The notes beneath the pieces are model-generated. The model saw nothing but the letters and a program-made list of their open reading frames with translations, was not told the DNA's origin and ran no database searches. Positions 46,865 through 57,461 of a DNA stretch of 64,000 nucleotides are shown here, piece by piece; the stretch's first letter is position 1, and each line of letters opens with the position of its first letter. A program made the position numbers and the translations under genes. Source of the DNA: an uncultured delta proteobacterium (lineage in GTDB: Bacteria; Desulfobacterota; Binatia; Binatales; Binataceae); NCBI GenBank assembly GCA_963808235.1, contig CAWEEQ010000004.1:2560001-2624000 (forward strand), read 5' to 3'.

Positions 46865-48028
46865 TCACGCGATACCTACCGATCGACGTTCGCTCCCAAC
46901 CGCTCCTCGTGACGAGATCGCCTCCAATGAGCCGTGTAAGCGCGAGAGCTGAACCGCGGGATCGGTAAGTTGTTTCGCGCGCGCCGGGCCGCCCGCGCCG
47001 AGCCTGCTTCTCAAATCGCGATCGTTTATCAACCGCCCGAGCGCTTCGGCGACCGCCTCGGGCCTACCGGGCGGGACCAGGATTCCGCAACTCGAATCCA
47101 CTATTTCCAGACTGCCGCCGAGCCGTGAGGTGACCACCGGAAGGGCGGCGTAAAGCGCCTCGATGAACGTGATCCCGAATCCCTCCGGCGCGATATTCGG
47201 CTGACAGAAGATATCCGACGCCGCCAGGATCTTCGCGATGTCGGTTCGCTCGCCGACGAAGCGGACCCGATCCGAGATTCCCAATGCGCTCGCCGCCCGC
47301 TTGAGCTCAGCTGCATAGGCGACTTCATCGGGACGCTGCGCGCCTCCGACCATCCACGCGGTCCATCCCGATCCGCCTGACGACTCGCGCAATTGCGAGA
47401 GCGCCTCAAGATGAACCAGGTGGCCCTTCAGACTCTCGAGACGGCTCACTTGCACGATCACGGTTGCATCGGCCGGCGTATCAAATTCGCGCCTTACCTC
47501 GGCGCGATAATCCAATGGGTGATTCAGATCGGAGGGTGCGACCGGTGTGTAAATTACCTCATGCGGTATTCCGGGAAAAATCGTCGGCAGGGAATCCGCG
47601 GTGCATTTGCTGTTGCAAATGGCCGAATCGGGGCGAGTCAGCGCGGCCCATCGATCGAGCCATCCGCGGCCGTCCGCAACCCCGTGCATCCAGAAGACGA
47701 GCGGAACGCCGGATGCTCGAACGGCCGGGCCCAGGATTGCCTGCGTCCACGGCAGATGACACACGGCGACGTCAACGCTGCAGGCATTGAGCACTTCGCG
47801 CAGGCGCCGCCTGACCCGCAGCACCGAAAGAGGATTGCGCGCGCGAACCTCTCCGAGCAGATGGACGGCGACTCCGGTCGCCGCCAGTTCTTCGCTGAGC
47901 CGTCCGGGATAGCAGAGCGCAAATTCCGGCTCCATCCCGGCGGATAGCTTGCGGCTGCGCGCGAGCGTCATCAGCAGTGTCTCGACGCCGCCGTAGAGAC
48001 GGCCACTCACGATGTGCATCACGCGCAT
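46865..48028 (-). CDS. Glycosyltransferase family 4
   Basis: YGGVE, VSRL...KGH, EGFGITFIEAL. Confidence 0.9.
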   Translation of the reverse strand: MRVMHIVSGRLYGGVETLLMTLARSRKLSAGMEPEFALCYPGRLSEELAATGVAVHLLGEVRARNPLSVLRVRRRLREVLNACSVDVAVCHLPWTQAILGPAVRASGVPLVFWMHGVADGRGWLDRWAALTRPDSAICNSKCTADSLPTIFPGIPHEVIYTPVAPSDLNHPLDYRAEVRREFDTPADATVIVQVSRLESLKGHLVHLEALSQLRESSGGSGWTAWMVGGAQRPDEVAYAAELKRAASALGISDRVRFVGERTDIAKILAASDIFCQPNIAPEGFGITFIEALYAALPVVTSRLGGSLEIVDSSCGILVPPGRPEAVAEALGRLINDRDLRSRLGAGGPARAKQLTDPAVQLSRLHGSLEAISSRGAVGSERRSVGIA

Positions 48029-49320
48029 CAGGGTTTCCTGCCGGCCACGCGTTCGAAGATGGGAATCATCTGGGCGGCGAGGCGGCTGCGCGCAAATGAT
48101 TTTTCCGCCGATGCGCGGCCCGCCGCGCCCAGACTCGCGCGCTCCGATGGATCGCAGACGAGCCGTTCGATACATCTTGCAAGTCCCGCGCTGTCGCCGG
48201 GCTGATGCGTCAGCACGCCGCCGGATAGCTGTACGATCTCCGCCGCGCCTCCGGCTGCGCTTGCGATCACGGGTTTCCCGCACGCCATCGCTTCGATTAT
48301 CGCAAGTCCAAACGGTTCGGGTTCCGTGCTTGCATGCACCACGATATCGAGCGCGCGGATCGCGGAGGGTACGTCATCGACAAATCCTGTGAACCCTACT
48401 CGATCTGAAATTCCAAGCCGCGCGGCTGTCGCCCGCAACTCAGCCGCCGACAACTGGCTCCCGCGAGTCGGATAAATCGCGCCGCCGATCACGTAAGCCC
48501 TCACCCGCGAGCGCGAGCTGTCGCTCAAGCCGGCGATCGCGCGGAGGAACACCTCGTGACCCTTCCATCTCGCCATCGTAGCTACGAGTCCCACCCGAAC
48601 CGTGCCCTGAGGCGCTGAGAGCATCCCTGCCAGCGCGTCGAGGTCGAGCGCCGCACCGGCGGGCGCAAATTGATCGAGGTCAACCGCGTTGTAGACGGTA
48701 GTGGTCTCGATTCGATCCCCGCAGACTCTGCCGAACTCATCGCGCACGCTGTCGGAATTCGCGATTGCAGCGGCGCATCGGTTCGCTTGCATCCGCATCA
48801 GGCGCGACATCACCGGACGCGCGCCGACGTAATCGTGTATGTGCCAAATGACCGGCGTCTTGCGTCGAGCCGCCCACGCGCCGATCACGTGCATCTTGAA
48901 GCCGTTGGTGTGAATCAGCGTCGGCGCGAACTGTTCGATCGTTTGGGCGAGCATCTGTGTGTATCGATTGGTGGCGATTGCGGCGCCCAGCATGCTGGTA
49001 GCTATCGACAAACGCACCAGCGGCGCGCCCGCCGAACCGCGCATCGCGGAGTCTCCGATTCGCGCCAGCGATTGTGGCATCGGCAATACGGTCGCTGCGA
49101 TATTCATCGCGCGCGCACGGCGAACCAGTGGTCCGTCGCTGCCGGCTATCAGGCGTATCTCCCAATTCGGCCGCGCAGCCGCGACGCTTGCGATGATATC
49201 GATTAAGCTTCGCTCGGCGCCGCCGAACAGTCCCGACGGGTTAAGGAAAAGAATCCTCATCGGCGAAGCCAATCCGGCGCCTGCATCGGAGACACTGGCA
49301 AGCGGCGCAACCGCGCTCAC
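48028..49320 (-). CDS. Glycosyltransferase family 4
   Basis: GGAERSL, WKGHEVF, EPFGLAIIEAMACG. Confidence 0.92.
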   Translation of the reverse strand: MSAVAPLASVSDAGAGLASPMRILFLNPSGLFGGAERSLIDIIASVAAARPNWEIRLIAGSDGPLVRRARAMNIAATVLPMPQSLARIGDSAMRGSAGAPLVRLSIATSMLGAAIATNRYTQMLAQTIEQFAPTLIHTNGFKMHVIGAWAARRKTPVIWHIHDYVGARPVMSRLMRMQANRCAAAIANSDSVRDEFGRVCGDRIETTTVYNAVDLDQFAPAGAALDLDALAGMLSAPQGTVRVGLVATMARWKGHEVFLRAIAGLSDSSRSRVRAYVIGGAIYPTRGSQLSAAELRATAARLGISDRVGFTGFVDDVPSAIRALDIVVHASTEPEPFGLAIIEAMACGKPVIASAAGGAAEIVQLSGGVLTHQPGDSAGLARCIERLVCDPSERASLGAAGRASAEKSFARSRLAAQMIPIFERVAGRKP

Positions 49321-52166
49321 CGAACGACCTCGCTCGCGTCGGCGGCGGATGCGGCCTTCAGCTTGCGCTCGAACTCCGCCAGGTGATCGCGGTACCTCGA
49401 ATTGTCCGGTGACAGCGCCACGGCGCGCTTATAGGCCCGCTCGGCATTGTAATATTGGTAGCGATCCTCTTCGATGCTTCCGATTGCAAAGTAGGTCGAA
49501 GGCGAATTGGGTTCGACTTCTAGTGCACGGTTGAGCGTCAGGAGCGCGCGATCCGGCCTGCTATCGGCGGCATACAAATCGCCCAATTGTACCAGCAGCC
49601 GGCCCGAATTCGGTTCGATTTTGAGCGCCTGCTCCATCGCGTCTTCGGCCGCATGGCGGTCGCCGGCGACCAGGTCCGCGTTGGCGAGTGCTTCAGTCAG
49701 CTCGAACGAGTCGGCGCCGTTCTCGATTCCGAGATCGATCACGCGGCGCGCGCCGTCCACGTCGTGCCGCGGTCCATAGACCATCACCGCCATGTCCGCA
49801 TAGATGCTTGAATCGTCGGGTGCCGAATCGCTGGCCTCCTGAAACGTGACGAGCGCGGTCCCCAACGCGCCGGCGCGGGCGAAGGCTTCCCCGGATTTCT
49901 GCAGGTACTTCGCACGCATCGCCGGATCATCCTGGAGGCGCGCCGCGCGCTCGAATGCGTGCGCCTCGTCACTGAACTGCCCGACGGTCTCATAGTATTC
50001 GCCGAGAGTTTCGGGCGCATGGTCGTAGCCACGGTCCACCGCTTCGTTGAGTCCTTCTTCGACCGCCTTTTTCAGCTCCGGCGGCAGCCACGCGATCAAT
50101 CGCGGCACCAGGTAGCGATGCTCCTGGAACCTGGGGTAATTGAGCACCGACGCCTTGACCTGCGCGAACGCGTCGGCATTCCGCTTGTCGCCGACCAGCG
50201 TCTGCGCATACAAATCGCGAGTGTTTGGATCGAGCGGGCTCAGCCAGACCGATCTCCTGAATTCAGCGTCCAGAACGTCCGGCGGCATCGTGTCTGCATC
50301 GAGCTTGATCAGCGCCAGGTGCGGAAACACGTCGGCTGGGTAGGTGACCAGCAGAGCGCGCGCCTGGGTCAGATCGACCGGTTGGGTAAGATTGTAGGGA
50401 AAAACTGTCGCGTCCTGCGTCAATGCGGCGCCTACCAGGACCAGCACCACCATCGCGACGGCGACCGCTCGCGCGCGAATTGCCCACGGCCGCGCGGCGA
50501 CCTCTTGAGCTGGACCCGTCGTCGTCAGCCGCACCAGCAATCCGGCGAAAACCGAAAACAGAAGTGCTATCGCCGGGATGCGCAGGTCGAAGTCGAAGAT
50601 TTCGACCACGCAGGCCGCCGCGATTCCGGCGATGATCGCCGCGAAGATTGGACCCGCCGATGCTTCCATCGTGCGCGCTCCCGAAATGACCCTTCGGACG
50701 ATCCGGACCGCCAGCCATGCGAACAGCGCGATACCGATGATTCCGGTTTCGGCGAGCAATTGCAGGTAGTCGTTGTGCGCCTCGGAGAAGAACAGCAATT
50801 GCCACGGCGGTAGCTGGTAGCGCTCGAAGATCTCCGGCCATCCGCCAAGCCCAACTCCGAAGATCGGGAAGTCCCGGATGAGCGAGAGGCCTCCCTTCCA
50901 CGCCGAGATTCGTCCGACGATAGTCCCCATTTCGGTCGCAGACTCATTGACCCGGCTGACCGTATCAACCCGCGCTTCGGGTCCGATAAAGATCATCGAG
51001 GCGCCGAGCAGGATCACGATACCAACGATTGCGAGGCGAACGCCGCCGAATCTCGCCAAGCCCGACGAATGCTCGTCGTTCCTTTGGCCGCGCGGCGCCG
51101 CCAGCAGGCACATCACGATCGTGCCCAGGATCAGGGCAAGCCATCCGCCCCGCGACAGGCTCAGCAGGATCGCAAGGAAGATCACGAAACTGGCGACCCC
51201 GCACTGAATCCTGAATGCCAGCGTCGCGCGGCGCGGCGAAAGCAAATTCGGAAACGCAGCACACGCCAGCGCAAGCGGAAAGACCATCGCAAGATATCCA
51301 GCAAAGTGATCGGGATCGATAAAAGGCCCGCGCGCGCGCAGCACCGGCTCAAACAGCGGCGCGCGCCAGTCATATGGAATGAAAAACCACAGCATCTTTC
51401 CATTCCAGGTCGCGCGCTCGATCAAGCCAACGAAAGCAACCGCGAATCCGGTCAGCAGGATCACCCGGAGCGAAACCCGGATGAACTTGAGCGTCGATTC
51501 CGCGTCGTCGCCGTAAGCGAGCGGATAAAAAGCAGTCACCAGGAACGCGCAGGCGCACGACAAAAGCGCGAGCAAACTCGATAGCGTCAGCAATGGCGCC
51601 AGTGCCAGCGGGCGCCAGCGTCCGCCGTAAATTTGCGTCGCCAGCGTCGAGACAGGGGAGGCCGTTTGACCAGTCGATACCCTGGCCGCCTTTGCGCCAG
51701 GCGGTAGGAACGGGATCGGAACGCCCTTTTTTACTTCGTCGAGGCTGGGCAGAATCACCGGCGCGGAGGCAGCGGCGGGATTTGTAGCTGGCGCTTTCCT
51801 ATTCGCCGCGAAGTTGTCGTAGGGACGCGAAGCGGGCCATCCCTCGAGCGCGTGCGAGTACACTTCGAAGGTGCTCGGCGACAGCGCGCGCACGACCGAA
51901 GGCGGAAGCGGAGTTATCTGGAAAATGACAAATGCGGCGAAGACAACGAACGGGATCGCAATCGTTCGCGCATTCGACTCGTCCTCACCGGCCGTCGATC
52001 CGGATCCCGCCAGCGCCGCCACCTTGACCATCCATAAGATCCCTAGTCCGAACAGCGCCGCTTCAAGGGGCCGATACGCCCACGGATGAACGCTGCCGAA
52101 GGCGAAGGGGCTGAGCACGATCAGAGTCAGCAACGCACCGACGACAAATTGATCGATCTTTCGCAA
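49317..52166 (-). CDS. O-antigen ligase family protein with C-terminal TPRs
   Basis: RGPF..PDHFAGYL, SLSRGG, R...W......P.FGVG.G, AHNDYLQ...ETG; TPR repeats. Confidence 0.88.
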   Translation of the reverse strand: MRKIDQFVVGALLTLIVLSPFAFGSVHPWAYRPLEAALFGLGILWMVKVAALAGSGSTAGEDESNARTIAIPFVVFAAFVIFQITPLPPSVVRALSPSTFEVYSHALEGWPASRPYDNFAANRKAPATNPAAASAPVILPSLDEVKKGVPIPFLPPGAKAARVSTGQTASPVSTLATQIYGGRWRPLALAPLLTLSSLLALLSCACAFLVTAFYPLAYGDDAESTLKFIRVSLRVILLTGFAVAFVGLIERATWNGKMLWFFIPYDWRAPLFEPVLRARGPFIDPDHFAGYLAMVFPLALACAAFPNLLSPRRATLAFRIQCGVASFVIFLAILLSLSRGGWLALILGTIVMCLLAAPRGQRNDEHSSGLARFGGVRLAIVGIVILLGASMIFIGPEARVDTVSRVNESATEMGTIVGRISAWKGGLSLIRDFPIFGVGLGGWPEIFERYQLPPWQLLFFSEAHNDYLQLLAETGIIGIALFAWLAVRIVRRVISGARTMEASAGPIFAAIIAGIAAACVVEIFDFDLRIPAIALLFSVFAGLLVRLTTTGPAQEVAARPWAIRARAVAVAMVVLVLVGAALTQDATVFPYNLTQPVDLTQARALLVTYPADVFPHLALIKLDADTMPPDVLDAEFRRSVWLSPLDPNTRDLYAQTLVGDKRNADAFAQVKASVLNYPRFQEHRYLVPRLIAWLPPELKKAVEEGLNEAVDRGYDHAPETLGEYYETVGQFSDEAHAFERAARLQDDPAMRAKYLQKSGEAFARAGALGTALVTFQEASDSAPDDSSIYADMAVMVYGPRHDVDGARRVIDLGIENGADSFELTEALANADLVAGDRHAAEDAMEQALKIEPNSGRLLVQLGDLYAADSRPDRALLTLNRALEVEPNSPSTYFAIGSIEEDRYQYYNAERAYKRAVALSPDNSRYRDHLAEFERKLKAASAADASEVVR

Positions 52167-52253
52167 TACTCACCTTGCTCGTTTCGGAGTCGGAACGAGA
52201 ACCGTCGGGAGCTGATACGATCGCGGGCGCAATCGCTCCGGCGGCGCGCCGCC

Positions 52254-54617
52254 CTAGATCTTGTCGCTCGGACCTTCGTCAGCCTCGTACGATTCCGCGG
52301 CGTCCGGAGCGTAAGGACCGTAGGTGTCGTATCCACCGTAGTAGCGGCGATAGTACTGATAGTGCTGGCTGTTGACGTCGACCTGGTTGAGCAGGACGCC
52401 GAAGACTTTGGCCCGCGCGAACTCGAGCCGCGCATAGGCCGCCTTAACGTGCTGCTTGGAGGTTTTCGAGGAGTTCACCACCAGCACCACGCCGTCGACC
52501 ATCGTCGATAGCAGCATCGCGTCGGTCACCGGCAAAATAGGCGGCGAATCGATCACCACAACGTCGAACTCGCTGGTGAGCTGCGCCAGCGTGTCGCGCA
52601 TCTTGTCCGAGCCCACCAGTTCCGACGGATTCGGAGGTATCGAGCCCGCGCTGAGGAACGACAGACTGTCGATATCGGTGCTGCGGATCAGGTCGCTCAC
52701 GTTGCACGCGCCCGCCAGCACCTCGGTCAAGCCGGCCTGATTCTCGAGCGCGAGAACCTTGTGGCATCGCGGCCGTCTCAGATCAACGTCGATCAGCAAG
52801 ACCCGCACGCCCGTATGCGCGAACACCACGGCCGTGTTCAGCGCGCTGACGGTCTTCCCTTCGGAGTTCGACGCGCTGGTAAAGAGTATCGTCTTGGGCG
52901 GAGCGCCGGCCCGCGACAGCATCAATGCGGTGCGCAGCGATCGATACGCTTCGCCAACGACCGAGTACTGGTTCATCGAGCCCGCAAGCTCGCGACTACT
53001 CGCGAGCGTCGGCACGCGGTCGTTTCCGTTGCGCTTGGCCAGCGCCCGCGTTTCCTGCCGCGTGAATGCCGGCACTGCGGCCAGGTTGGGCAGCCTCAGG
53101 TATTGCTCGACTTGTTCAGGTGTCTTGAGCGTCTTGTCCTGGTATTCAATCAGGAAGGCAAGACCAATTCCGAGCGCCAGTCCGAACGCGATCGCTTGTA
53201 GGAGCGACATCGTGCGATGCGGTCCCGAGGGCCCACCCGGCACAGACGCATCGTCGACGACCACGGTATTCGACGATTGGCTCTCGGCCGCCAGGCCGAG
53301 ATCCTTTATTCGCTGCAGGACGGCGTTGTAAAGCTCGCGGTTGGTATCCACCTCGCGCTGAAGGATCGCGTATCCGACGGAAGCATCGTTAACGCTGAGC
53401 GCTTGCGACCGCTGGCGGCCCATCTCCTCCTGGAGGTCCGCTTCCTTGGTTTTGGCGGCATTGAAGGAGGCGATGACGCTCGCGGAGTAAGCCTTAAGCT
53501 CCTGGTTGTAGGTCTCCTGGAGCTGATCGATGCGCGCCTTGGCACGGACCATCGGCGGATAGTCGGGCTTGAATTGCTTCGCCATCGCGACGTAATCGCT
53601 CATCGCGGTATCGAGTTGCGTTTTGACCGACGGCGTCGAGGAACCGGAGTTGGAATTGCCGCTGGAGGGAAGCTCCGGTACCTGATTCTTGCGAATCTGA
53701 TCGACCTCCGCTTCGAGCCCGATCCGCGCGACCTGCGCGTTGGTGAGTTCCCTGCTCAAATCCGAGAGGCGCGCGATGACCACCGTTTCCTTGCCGTCAA
53801 CCGACATAAGGCCCGGCACGATTCCCTTGTCGCGGCGATAATTGTTCAGCGCCAGTTCCGATTTCTCGAGCTTCTCTTTCAGCTCCACCAGCTTGTCGCG
53901 CAGAAACCGCTCGGCTTCCGCGTTGGCCTGCGTGCGCAGCTCGATCCCTTCGCGGATGTACGCATGCGCGTGCGCGTTGGCGAGCCGTGCCGACAGGAGC
54001 GCATTCGGAGTCGTGAAAACTATCTTCACCAGGTTGGTATCGGGGATCGGCCTGATCTCCAGAGAACCCAGGTAGCTGCCGACCGCGTTGTCGACCGAAG
54101 TCGCACTCGCCGGCGCCGGTTTCGCCACCGCCGCCTTTGACCCGAACCAGCTCGCGAAAAATCCTCTGCTCGGCTTTCTACTCTTGCCGAGAAATAACGG
54201 GTCGGTTGCGAGGCCCTCCGCCGTGACCACGTTGGTGGCCAGCGTGCGGCTCTTCAGGATTTCGCATTGCGTCTTGAGAAAGTCTTCGACCGAATCCCAA
54301 TCGTTGCCCCCGGTCGAAGCGTCACCCTGCGCTCCCTGGTGACCTTCGAGGAGCTGCGGGTTACCCGGCTTCAGTAGAATCGTCGAATCCGCAGTGTAGA
54401 GCGGCGTCATCATCGACACCCGGATCGCAACGATTACCAGCGCCGCGAGCGTGATCGACACGATCATCCAGCGATGCTTCTTTACGGTGATCCAGTAGCT
54501 CAGCAGGTCGAGCGATCGCTCGTCTTCTTCGTGCAGTTTCCCGCCGAACGAGCCGTCCATGACTTCAGTGTCGATCGGTTGCGCGCGCCGGATGAAATAT
54601 GGCGATGGTTGGGTCAT
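52254..54617 (-). CDS. wzc: Wzc/GumC polysaccharide co-polymerase tyrosine autokinase
   Basis: EAYRSLRT, SEGKT, DVDLRRP, IDSPP, C-terminal Tyr cluster. Confidence 0.93.
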   Translation of the reverse strand: MTQPSPYFIRRAQPIDTEVMDGSFGGKLHEEDERSLDLLSYWITVKKHRWMIVSITLAALVIVAIRVSMMTPLYTADSTILLKPGNPQLLEGHQGAQGDASTGGNDWDSVEDFLKTQCEILKSRTLATNVVTAEGLATDPLFLGKSRKPSRGFFASWFGSKAAVAKPAPASATSVDNAVGSYLGSLEIRPIPDTNLVKIVFTTPNALLSARLANAHAHAYIREGIELRTQANAEAERFLRDKLVELKEKLEKSELALNNYRRDKGIVPGLMSVDGKETVVIARLSDLSRELTNAQVARIGLEAEVDQIRKNQVPELPSSGNSNSGSSTPSVKTQLDTAMSDYVAMAKQFKPDYPPMVRAKARIDQLQETYNQELKAYSASVIASFNAAKTKEADLQEEMGRQRSQALSVNDASVGYAILQREVDTNRELYNAVLQRIKDLGLAAESQSSNTVVVDDASVPGGPSGPHRTMSLLQAIAFGLALGIGLAFLIEYQDKTLKTPEQVEQYLRLPNLAAVPAFTRQETRALAKRNGNDRVPTLASSRELAGSMNQYSVVGEAYRSLRTALMLSRAGAPPKTILFTSASNSEGKTVSALNTAVVFAHTGVRVLLIDVDLRRPRCHKVLALENQAGLTEVLAGACNVSDLIRSTDIDSLSFLSAGSIPPNPSELVGSDKMRDTLAQLTSEFDVVVIDSPPILPVTDAMLLSTMVDGVVLVVNSSKTSKQHVKAAYARLEFARAKVFGVLLNQVDVNSQHYQYYRRYYGGYDTYGPYAPDAAESYEADEGPSDKI

Positions 54618-54632
54618 TTTACTCTTTTCGTC

Positions 54633-55919
54633 TCAGAAGGTCGGCAGCGGTACCGCCATGCGTGTCAGGATGTTATAAACCACGTACGGACCTATCCTGA
54701 GGTCCGAATACGGTACATCGATTACATCGTTGGCGCGAACCGGGATGTCCGGGTCGGCGCCGGTCGCAATCTTGTCCAGGTTCACCGGGATCGACACCTT
54801 GTTGCCGGCCGCGTCGCTGCGAATCAGCGTCGCCGCAGAAGGCGCAGCCGCATACATCGCTCCTCCCGCCGACCCCACCGCGCCCAATACCGTCAGACCC
54901 GAACCAACCTGGAAGAATCCGGGCTTGTATACCCATCCCGTCACCATCACGTTGCCGCCGCCGGGAACGATCAGCACGTCGCCCGGCCGTACCGGCATGT
55001 TGATGTAGCGAGCGCTGCCGTTGAGCGCGCTGCTCTTGAGCGGGATCACGATCGCCGGCCCGTTGCTGATATTCGTCTGCAGGGAGGCCATCGTCAGTTC
55101 CGTTTTATCTGGACCCGAATGGTCGGGCTGCGCATTCTGCGGGATGTCGGCCTCGGCCACCTTGTGCTGCGGTTCGTTTTCTTCGCTTAGCGAGGCGGCC
55201 AAACGCGCGAGCTGCTTTTGCCCGCCCTTCACCTCGGGAAGAATCACAATCTCGTCGGCCGCTTCCGCGGTCATTCCGCCCGCCTGTGTGATCGCATCGA
55301 GAATCGATACGTCAGAGCTCGTCAACGTGATCAGACCCGGCGTGCGCACCGCGCCCACCACCGCGACCTGCCGGCTGCGATATTCCCGGATAAAAACGTC
55401 GACCTGCGGACTATACATGTACTTGGTGAGCGCCGTTTTCAGCTCGTCGGAAAGTTGCGGCTCGGTCAGGCCGCCGGCCTGTATGTTCCCGATAAGCGGC
55501 AGCTCGATCTTTCCGTCGCCGCCCACTCGAACCGTGCGCTCTTTCAAATCTTCCACGCCCGGAACCGTGATTTCGATCACGTCTCCAGGGCCGATTGGAT
55601 AGTCCAGACTTTCACGCGCCTGCGATCTCTTTTCGAAGAGCGCCTTTAGCCGGTCCTGATTCGCCTGGGAGTTTGCGGCGCTCGGCACCCGCGGATCGGC
55701 AGCCAAACCAGGCGACGGCGGCGATTCCGATCCGAGTGCAGGTTGCGCTGCTGGTGCAGCCGCGGGCGCAGCGTCGGGTGCGGGCGCGGCAGTTTCCGCC
55801 GTTGGCGCGGAATCCGGCGCAGGCTCGGGTTGCGATGACGAGCACGCGACCAGCGATGTAGCTACGATCGCCGCGATGCCCACCGTTCTAAAACGAAATC
55901 CTGTTGTCGTCCGTCTCAT
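54633..55919 (-). CDS. wza: Polysaccharide export lipoprotein (Wza-like, SLBB domains)
   Basis: Lipobox LVAC, Y.IGPGD, DG.I.LPLIG...AGGLT, VVGAV..PG, AGG. Confidence 0.9.
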   Translation of the reverse strand: MRRTTTGFRFRTVGIAAIVATSLVACSSSQPEPAPDSAPTAETAAPAPDAAPAAAPAAQPALGSESPPSPGLAADPRVPSAANSQANQDRLKALFEKRSQARESLDYPIGPGDVIEITVPGVEDLKERTVRVGGDGKIELPLIGNIQAGGLTEPQLSDELKTALTKYMYSPQVDVFIREYRSRQVAVVGAVRTPGLITLTSSDVSILDAITQAGGMTAEAADEIVILPEVKGGQKQLARLAASLSEENEPQHKVAEADIPQNAQPDHSGPDKTELTMASLQTNISNGPAIVIPLKSSALNGSARYINMPVRPGDVLIVPGGGNVMVTGWVYKPGFFQVGSGLTVLGAVGSAGGAMYAAAPSAATLIRSDAAGNKVSIPVNLDKIATGADPDIPVRANDVIDVPYSDLRIGPYVVYNILTRMAVPLPTF

Positions 55920-55961
55920 ACGCAAATTCAAAGGAAAAAATCCATCGGAGTTTGTTTCTGC

Positions 55962-56393
55962 CTAATTCTTGTTGGCTCCCGATCCATTGCCGGAGCTGCC
56001 CGTATTTGTCCGCACCGGCGAGATTTTGGCCGCTGACGCACTCGTCGCCGAGTTATCAACAGCCGTACCCAGCGTCGCGACTGCGACCGGCGGTGCATGC
56101 TGCGTAAACCCCCAATTCACCGTCAGCCCCTGGTCTCCGATGTACGACATCACCCACTGACCCATCGCGCCGAGCTTGTATATCCCCGGTTTCAGATTCG
56201 AAATCGCATACGCGCCGTTGGCGTCGGAGACCGCTTTTCCCGCCTCGAGGTTCGCCGAGTTCTCGACAAAAACGGTGACGCCGGATACCGGCTGGCCGCG
56301 ATTATTTAACATCCTGCCCACCAGCTCGGCGCACGATGCCGGCGTATTGCCGATCAGTACGAGCAACGTCAGCACGACAATCCACGACGCCAT
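55962..56393 (-). CDS. Small exported carboxypeptidase-regulatory-like domain protein
   Basis: RBS GGGAG, signal peptide, G.PVSGVTV...SDANG.Y.I.NL.PG.Y. Confidence 0.75.
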   Translation of the reverse strand: MASWIVVLTLLVLIGNTPASCAELVGRMLNNRGQPVSGVTVFVENSANLEAGKAVSDANGAYAISNLKPGIYKLGAMGQWVMSYIGDQGLTVNWGFTQHAPPVAVATLGTAVDNSATSASAAKISPVRTNTGSSGNGSGANKN

Positions 56394-56642
56394 CGATACT
56401 CCCGCGATGTTTTCCGTTCTCGTCGTATGTTTCCCCAGGTAGCTGATATCGGCGGGCATGCGTCCGCCATCCCTTAGGACCCTTTTGTTGGCATCTCTAA
56501 GCTTTAACGGGCGCGCTTTGCGCACTTCCCCCGTGATCACTGCCGTCGTCCTTTCGCTTGCCCGATTGGACGATAAACTACGGCCAGGCCGAATCACGAA
56601 TCCTCGACCACACGCCGAACAATCCGATACAAATCACGGCCT

Positions 56643-56659
56643 TGCGTCGATCGTGCCGA
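56643..56659 (-). promoter_or_regulatory. Possible sigma54 (-24/-12) promoter for the EPS operon
   Basis: TCGGCACGATCGACGCA = GG-N10-GC with GGCACG core. Confidence 0.3.
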
Positions 56660-57201
56660 TACAACGCCGATGATGTCCATGAGCCCGAGAGCTTGCGATC
56701 TTCTTCTCAACGAAATTCGTCCAGCCCGTGAATTGTTACATCGGATTCGGAGTTCGAGGATCCGCGCCGCTGCCGTTTGACACCGTGAAAAGTGAACAGT
56801 GAAAAAGTAAAAAAAGCGCGCGATTATTTCTAGAGCCCTCCACCCGGCGACGCTAATGGGAGTCTAGTCATCGGCAGCCGCAAACACAAGCTAGCGTAAA
56901 CATCAACAAACTACATTGGCCTTATTGAAACGGCTGTTACCTTGCGTTTCCGCAGGCTATTTCTGCCATGGATTGTCTTGCTCCCGCAGCCGAAATATTT
57001 TCTGATGCGGATTGAATCGCAAACATCTCGATCTCGGCTCGCGGTGCATCTGGTTCGCGCCGCACCCGATCATCGCCCCCTTCAAACCGGATCCATTTGA
57101 TGTGTACAGTGAACGTGAAACGTGACGAGTGAAAAAGCGGGGATCGGCGCAAAGTCTGATACTTGTTGACTCGTCGTTAGCGAATTCGAGAGAGCATTGC
57201 C

Positions 57202-57447
57202 TTGACTCCAGATATTGAGCATCGCGTCCGCAAGACAATCATCCGCACCTTCAACCTGTCGGCCGAAGATGGAACCGGAGAGCTCCGCATGGGCAGTTTG
57301 CCCGGATGGGACTCGCTCGGACACATGCGCCTGGTCGTGGAACTGGAAGAGGAGTTCGGAGTAAGTTTCCCCACCTACCTCCTGCCCGAAATTCTCGACG
57401 TCGATTCGATCGTTCGCGAAACTCTGAAGCTTCAAGCGGAGCAATAG
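57202..57447 (+). CDS. Acyl/aminoacyl carrier protein
   Basis: WDSLGHMRLV.ELEEEFGV phosphopantetheine-attachment motif. Confidence 0.9.
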   Translation: MTPDIEHRVRKTIIRTFNLSAEDGTGELRMGSLPGWDSLGHMRLVVELEEEFGVSFPTYLLPEILDVDSIVRETLKLQAEQ

Positions 57448-57461
57448 GGCGTCCCGGTTCA

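Noticed and set aside
56830-56885. c-di-GMP-I riboswitch-like words (GACGC..GTCTA..GGCAGCCG), also near 26210
   Set aside because: Only fragmentary resemblance; could not build the required stems. An Infernal/Rfam scan would decide.
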